Shown here piece after piece: positions 61,375 to 64,000 of a stretch of 64,000 nucleotides of DNA (positions within the stretch are counted from its first letter, which is position 1; the number at the start of each line of letters is the position of its first letter). The position numbers and the translations under genes were made by a program. Source of the DNA: Malacoraja senta (taxonomy: Eukaryota); contig CM075990.1 of the NCBI GenBank assembly GCA_038087875.1, positions 17,982,001 through 18,046,000 on the forward strand, in the 5' to 3' direction. The notes under the pieces were generated by a model. It ran no database searches and was not told the origin of the DNA. It saw only the letters and a program-made list of their open reading frames with translations.

Positions 61375-64000
61375 ACATAGAAACATAGAAACATTCGAGC
61401 CTGCACCGCCATTCAATATGATCAAGGCTGATCATCCAACTCAGTATCCTGTACCTACCTTCTCTCCATACCCCCTGATCCCTTTAGCCACAAGGGCCAC
61501 ATCTAGCTCCCTCTTAAATATAGCCAATGAACTGGCCTCAACTACCTTCTGTGGCAGAGAATTGCAGAGATTCACCACTCTCTGTGTGAAAAATGTTTTT
61601 CTCATCTCGGTCCTAAAGGATTTCCCCCTAATCCTTAAACTGTGACCCCTTGTTCTGGACTTCCCCAACATCGGGAACAATCTTCCTGCATCTAGCCTGT
61701 CCAGCCCCTTAAGAATTTTATAAGTTTCTATAAGATCCCCCCTCAATCTTCTAAATTCTAGCGAGTACAAGCCGAGTCTATCCAGTCTTTCTTCATATGA
61801 AAGTCCTGAGATCCCAGGAATCAGTCTGGTGAACCTTCTCTGTACTCCCTCTGTGGCAAGAATGTCTTTCCTCAGATTTGGAGACCAAAACTGTACGCAA
61901 TACTCCAGGTGTGGTCTCACCAAGACCCTGTACAACTGCAGTAGAACCTCCCTGCTCCTATACTCAAATCCTTTTGCTATGAAAGCTAACATACCATTCG
62001 CTTTCTTCACTGCCTGCTGCACCTGCATGCCTACTCTCAATGACTGGTGTACCATGACACCCAGGTCTCGTTGCATCTCTCCTTTTCCTAATCGGCCACC
62101 ATTCAGATAATAGTCTACTTTCCTGTTTTTGCCACCAAAATGGATAACCTCACATTTATCCACATTATACTGCATCTGCCATGCATTTGCCCACTCACCC
62201 AGCCTATCCAAGTCACCTTGCAGCCTCCTAGCATCCTCCTCACAGCTAACACTGCCCCCCAGCTTCGTGTCATTCGCAAACTTGGAGATGTTGCATTCAA
62301 TTCCCTCGTCCAAATCATTAATATATATTGTAATTAGCTGGGGTCCCAGCACTGAGCCTTGCGGTACCCTACTAGTCACTGCCTGCCATTCTGAAAAGGA
62401 CCCGTTTACTCCTACTCTTTACTTCCTGTCTGCCAGCCAGTTCTCTATCCAAATCAATACTGAACCCCCAATCTCGGTCCTAAAGGATTTCCCCCTAATC
62501 CTTAAACTGTGACCCCTTGTTTTGGACTTCCCCATTTACTCCTACTCTTTGCTTCCTGTTTGCCAGCCAGTTCTCTATCCACATCAATACTGAACCCCCA
62601 ATACCATGTGCTTTAGGTTTGTATACTAATCTCTTATGTGGGACCTTGTCGAAAGCCTTCTGAAAGTCCAGATACAACACATCCACTGGTTCTCCCCTAT
62701 CCACTCTACAAGTTACATCCTCGGAAAATTCTATAAGATTCGTCAGACATGATTTACCTTTCGTAAATCCATGCTGACTTTGTCCAATGATTTCACCACT
62801 TTTCCAAATGTGCTGCTATCCCATCTTTAATAACTGACTCTAGCAGTTTCCCCACTACCGATGTTAGACTAACTGGTCTGTAATTCCCCGTTTTCTCTCT
62901 CCCTCCCTTCTTAAAAAGTGGGGTTACGTTTGCTACCCTCCAATCCTCAGGAACTACTCCAGAATCTAAAGAGTTTTGAAATATTATCACTAATGCATCC
63001 ACTATTTCTGGAGCTACTTCCTTAAGTACTCTGGGATGCAGCCTATCTGGCCGTGGTGATTTATCGGCCTTTAATCCATTCAATTTACCCAACACCAGTT
63101 CCCGACTAACCTGGATTTCACTCAGTTCCTCCATCTTCTTTGACCCGCGGTCCCCTGCTATTTCCGGCAGATTATTTATGTCTTCCTCAGTGAAGACAGA
63201 ACCAAAGTAGTTATTCAATTGGACTGCCATGTCCTTGTTCCCCATGATCAATTCACCTGTTTCTGACTGCAAGGGACCTACATTTGTTTTAACTAATCTT
63301 TTTCTCTTCACATACCTATAAAAGCTTTTGCAGTCAGTTTTTATGTTCCCTGCCAGTTTTCTTTCATAATCTATTTTCCCTTTCCTAATTAAGCCCTTTG
63401 TCCTCCTCTGCTGGACTCTGAATTTCTCCCAGTCCTCTGGTAGGCTGCTTTTGCTGGCTAATTTGTACGCTTCATCTTTTGTTTTGATACTATCCCTGAT
63501 TTCCTTTATCCATGGATGCACTACCTTCCCTGATTTATTTTTTTGCCAAACTGGGATGAACAATTGTTGTAGTTCATCCATGCAGTCTTGAAATGCCTTC
63601 CTTTGCATATGTACCGTCAACCCATTAAGAATCAATTGCCAGTCTATCTTGGCCAATTCACTTCTCATACCCTCAAAGTTACCTTTCTTTAAGTTCAGGA
63701 CCCTTGTTTCTGAATTAACAATGTCACTCTCCATCCTAATGAAGAACTCAACCATATTATGGTCACTCTTGCCCAAGGGGCCACGCACAACAAGACTGCT
63801 AACTAACCCTTCCTCATTACTCAATACCCAATCTAGAATAGCCTGCTCTCTCGTTGGTTCCTCTACATGTTGGTTTAGAAAACTATCCCGCATACATTCC
63901 AAGAAATCCTCTTCCTCAGCACCCTTGCCAATTTGATTCACCCAATCTATATGTAGATTGAAGTCACCCATTATAACTGTTTTACCTTTGTTGCACGCAT
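61375..64000 (-). mobile_element. CR1 LINE (young subfamily) extending beyond the window, internally rearranged at 62405-62602
   Basis: ORFs 62793..63971 (APE C-terminus to RT start), 62495..62704 and 61441..62379. Confidence 0.94.

Overview
Eukaryotic (vertebrate) genomic DNA. The repeat content (young CR1 LINEs with (TTTCTATG)n tails, HE1-like V-SINEs, Penelope elements) suggests a cartilaginous fish such as a skate or ray; this is an inference. Two host genes lie in tandem on the minus strand. (1) Vinculin (VCL): coding exon 1 at 9080-9247, a CpG-rich promoter with a perfect CArG box, and intron 1 running off the left edge. (2) A plasminogen activator gene, called PLAU (urokinase) from its synteny with VCL. 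I reconstructed it by hand as 9 GT-AG coding exons (55245 to 28589; 1143 nt, 380 aa): signal peptide, short N-terminal exon, one kringle, trypsin-like protease. The main result is that the EGF/growth-factor-domain exon expected between the N-terminal exon and the kringle is still visible at about 48449-48555 but is dead: two Cys lost, an in-frame TAA and no splice donor. The neighbouring exons join in frame without it. The protein mixes tPA-like and uPA-like features and has an unusual Asn192. Most of the remaining sequence is transposable elements: many CR1 copies (often nested), a complete but decayed DIRS1-type tyrosine-recombinase retroelement with ITRs and ICR, Rex1/Babar, L2 and RTE LINEs, Penelope elements whose terminal repeats carry minimal hammerhead-ribozyme-like motifs, a Harbinger-type non-autonomous element and tRNA-derived SINEs. 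No CRISPR array, rRNA gene or genuine tRNA gene was seen.
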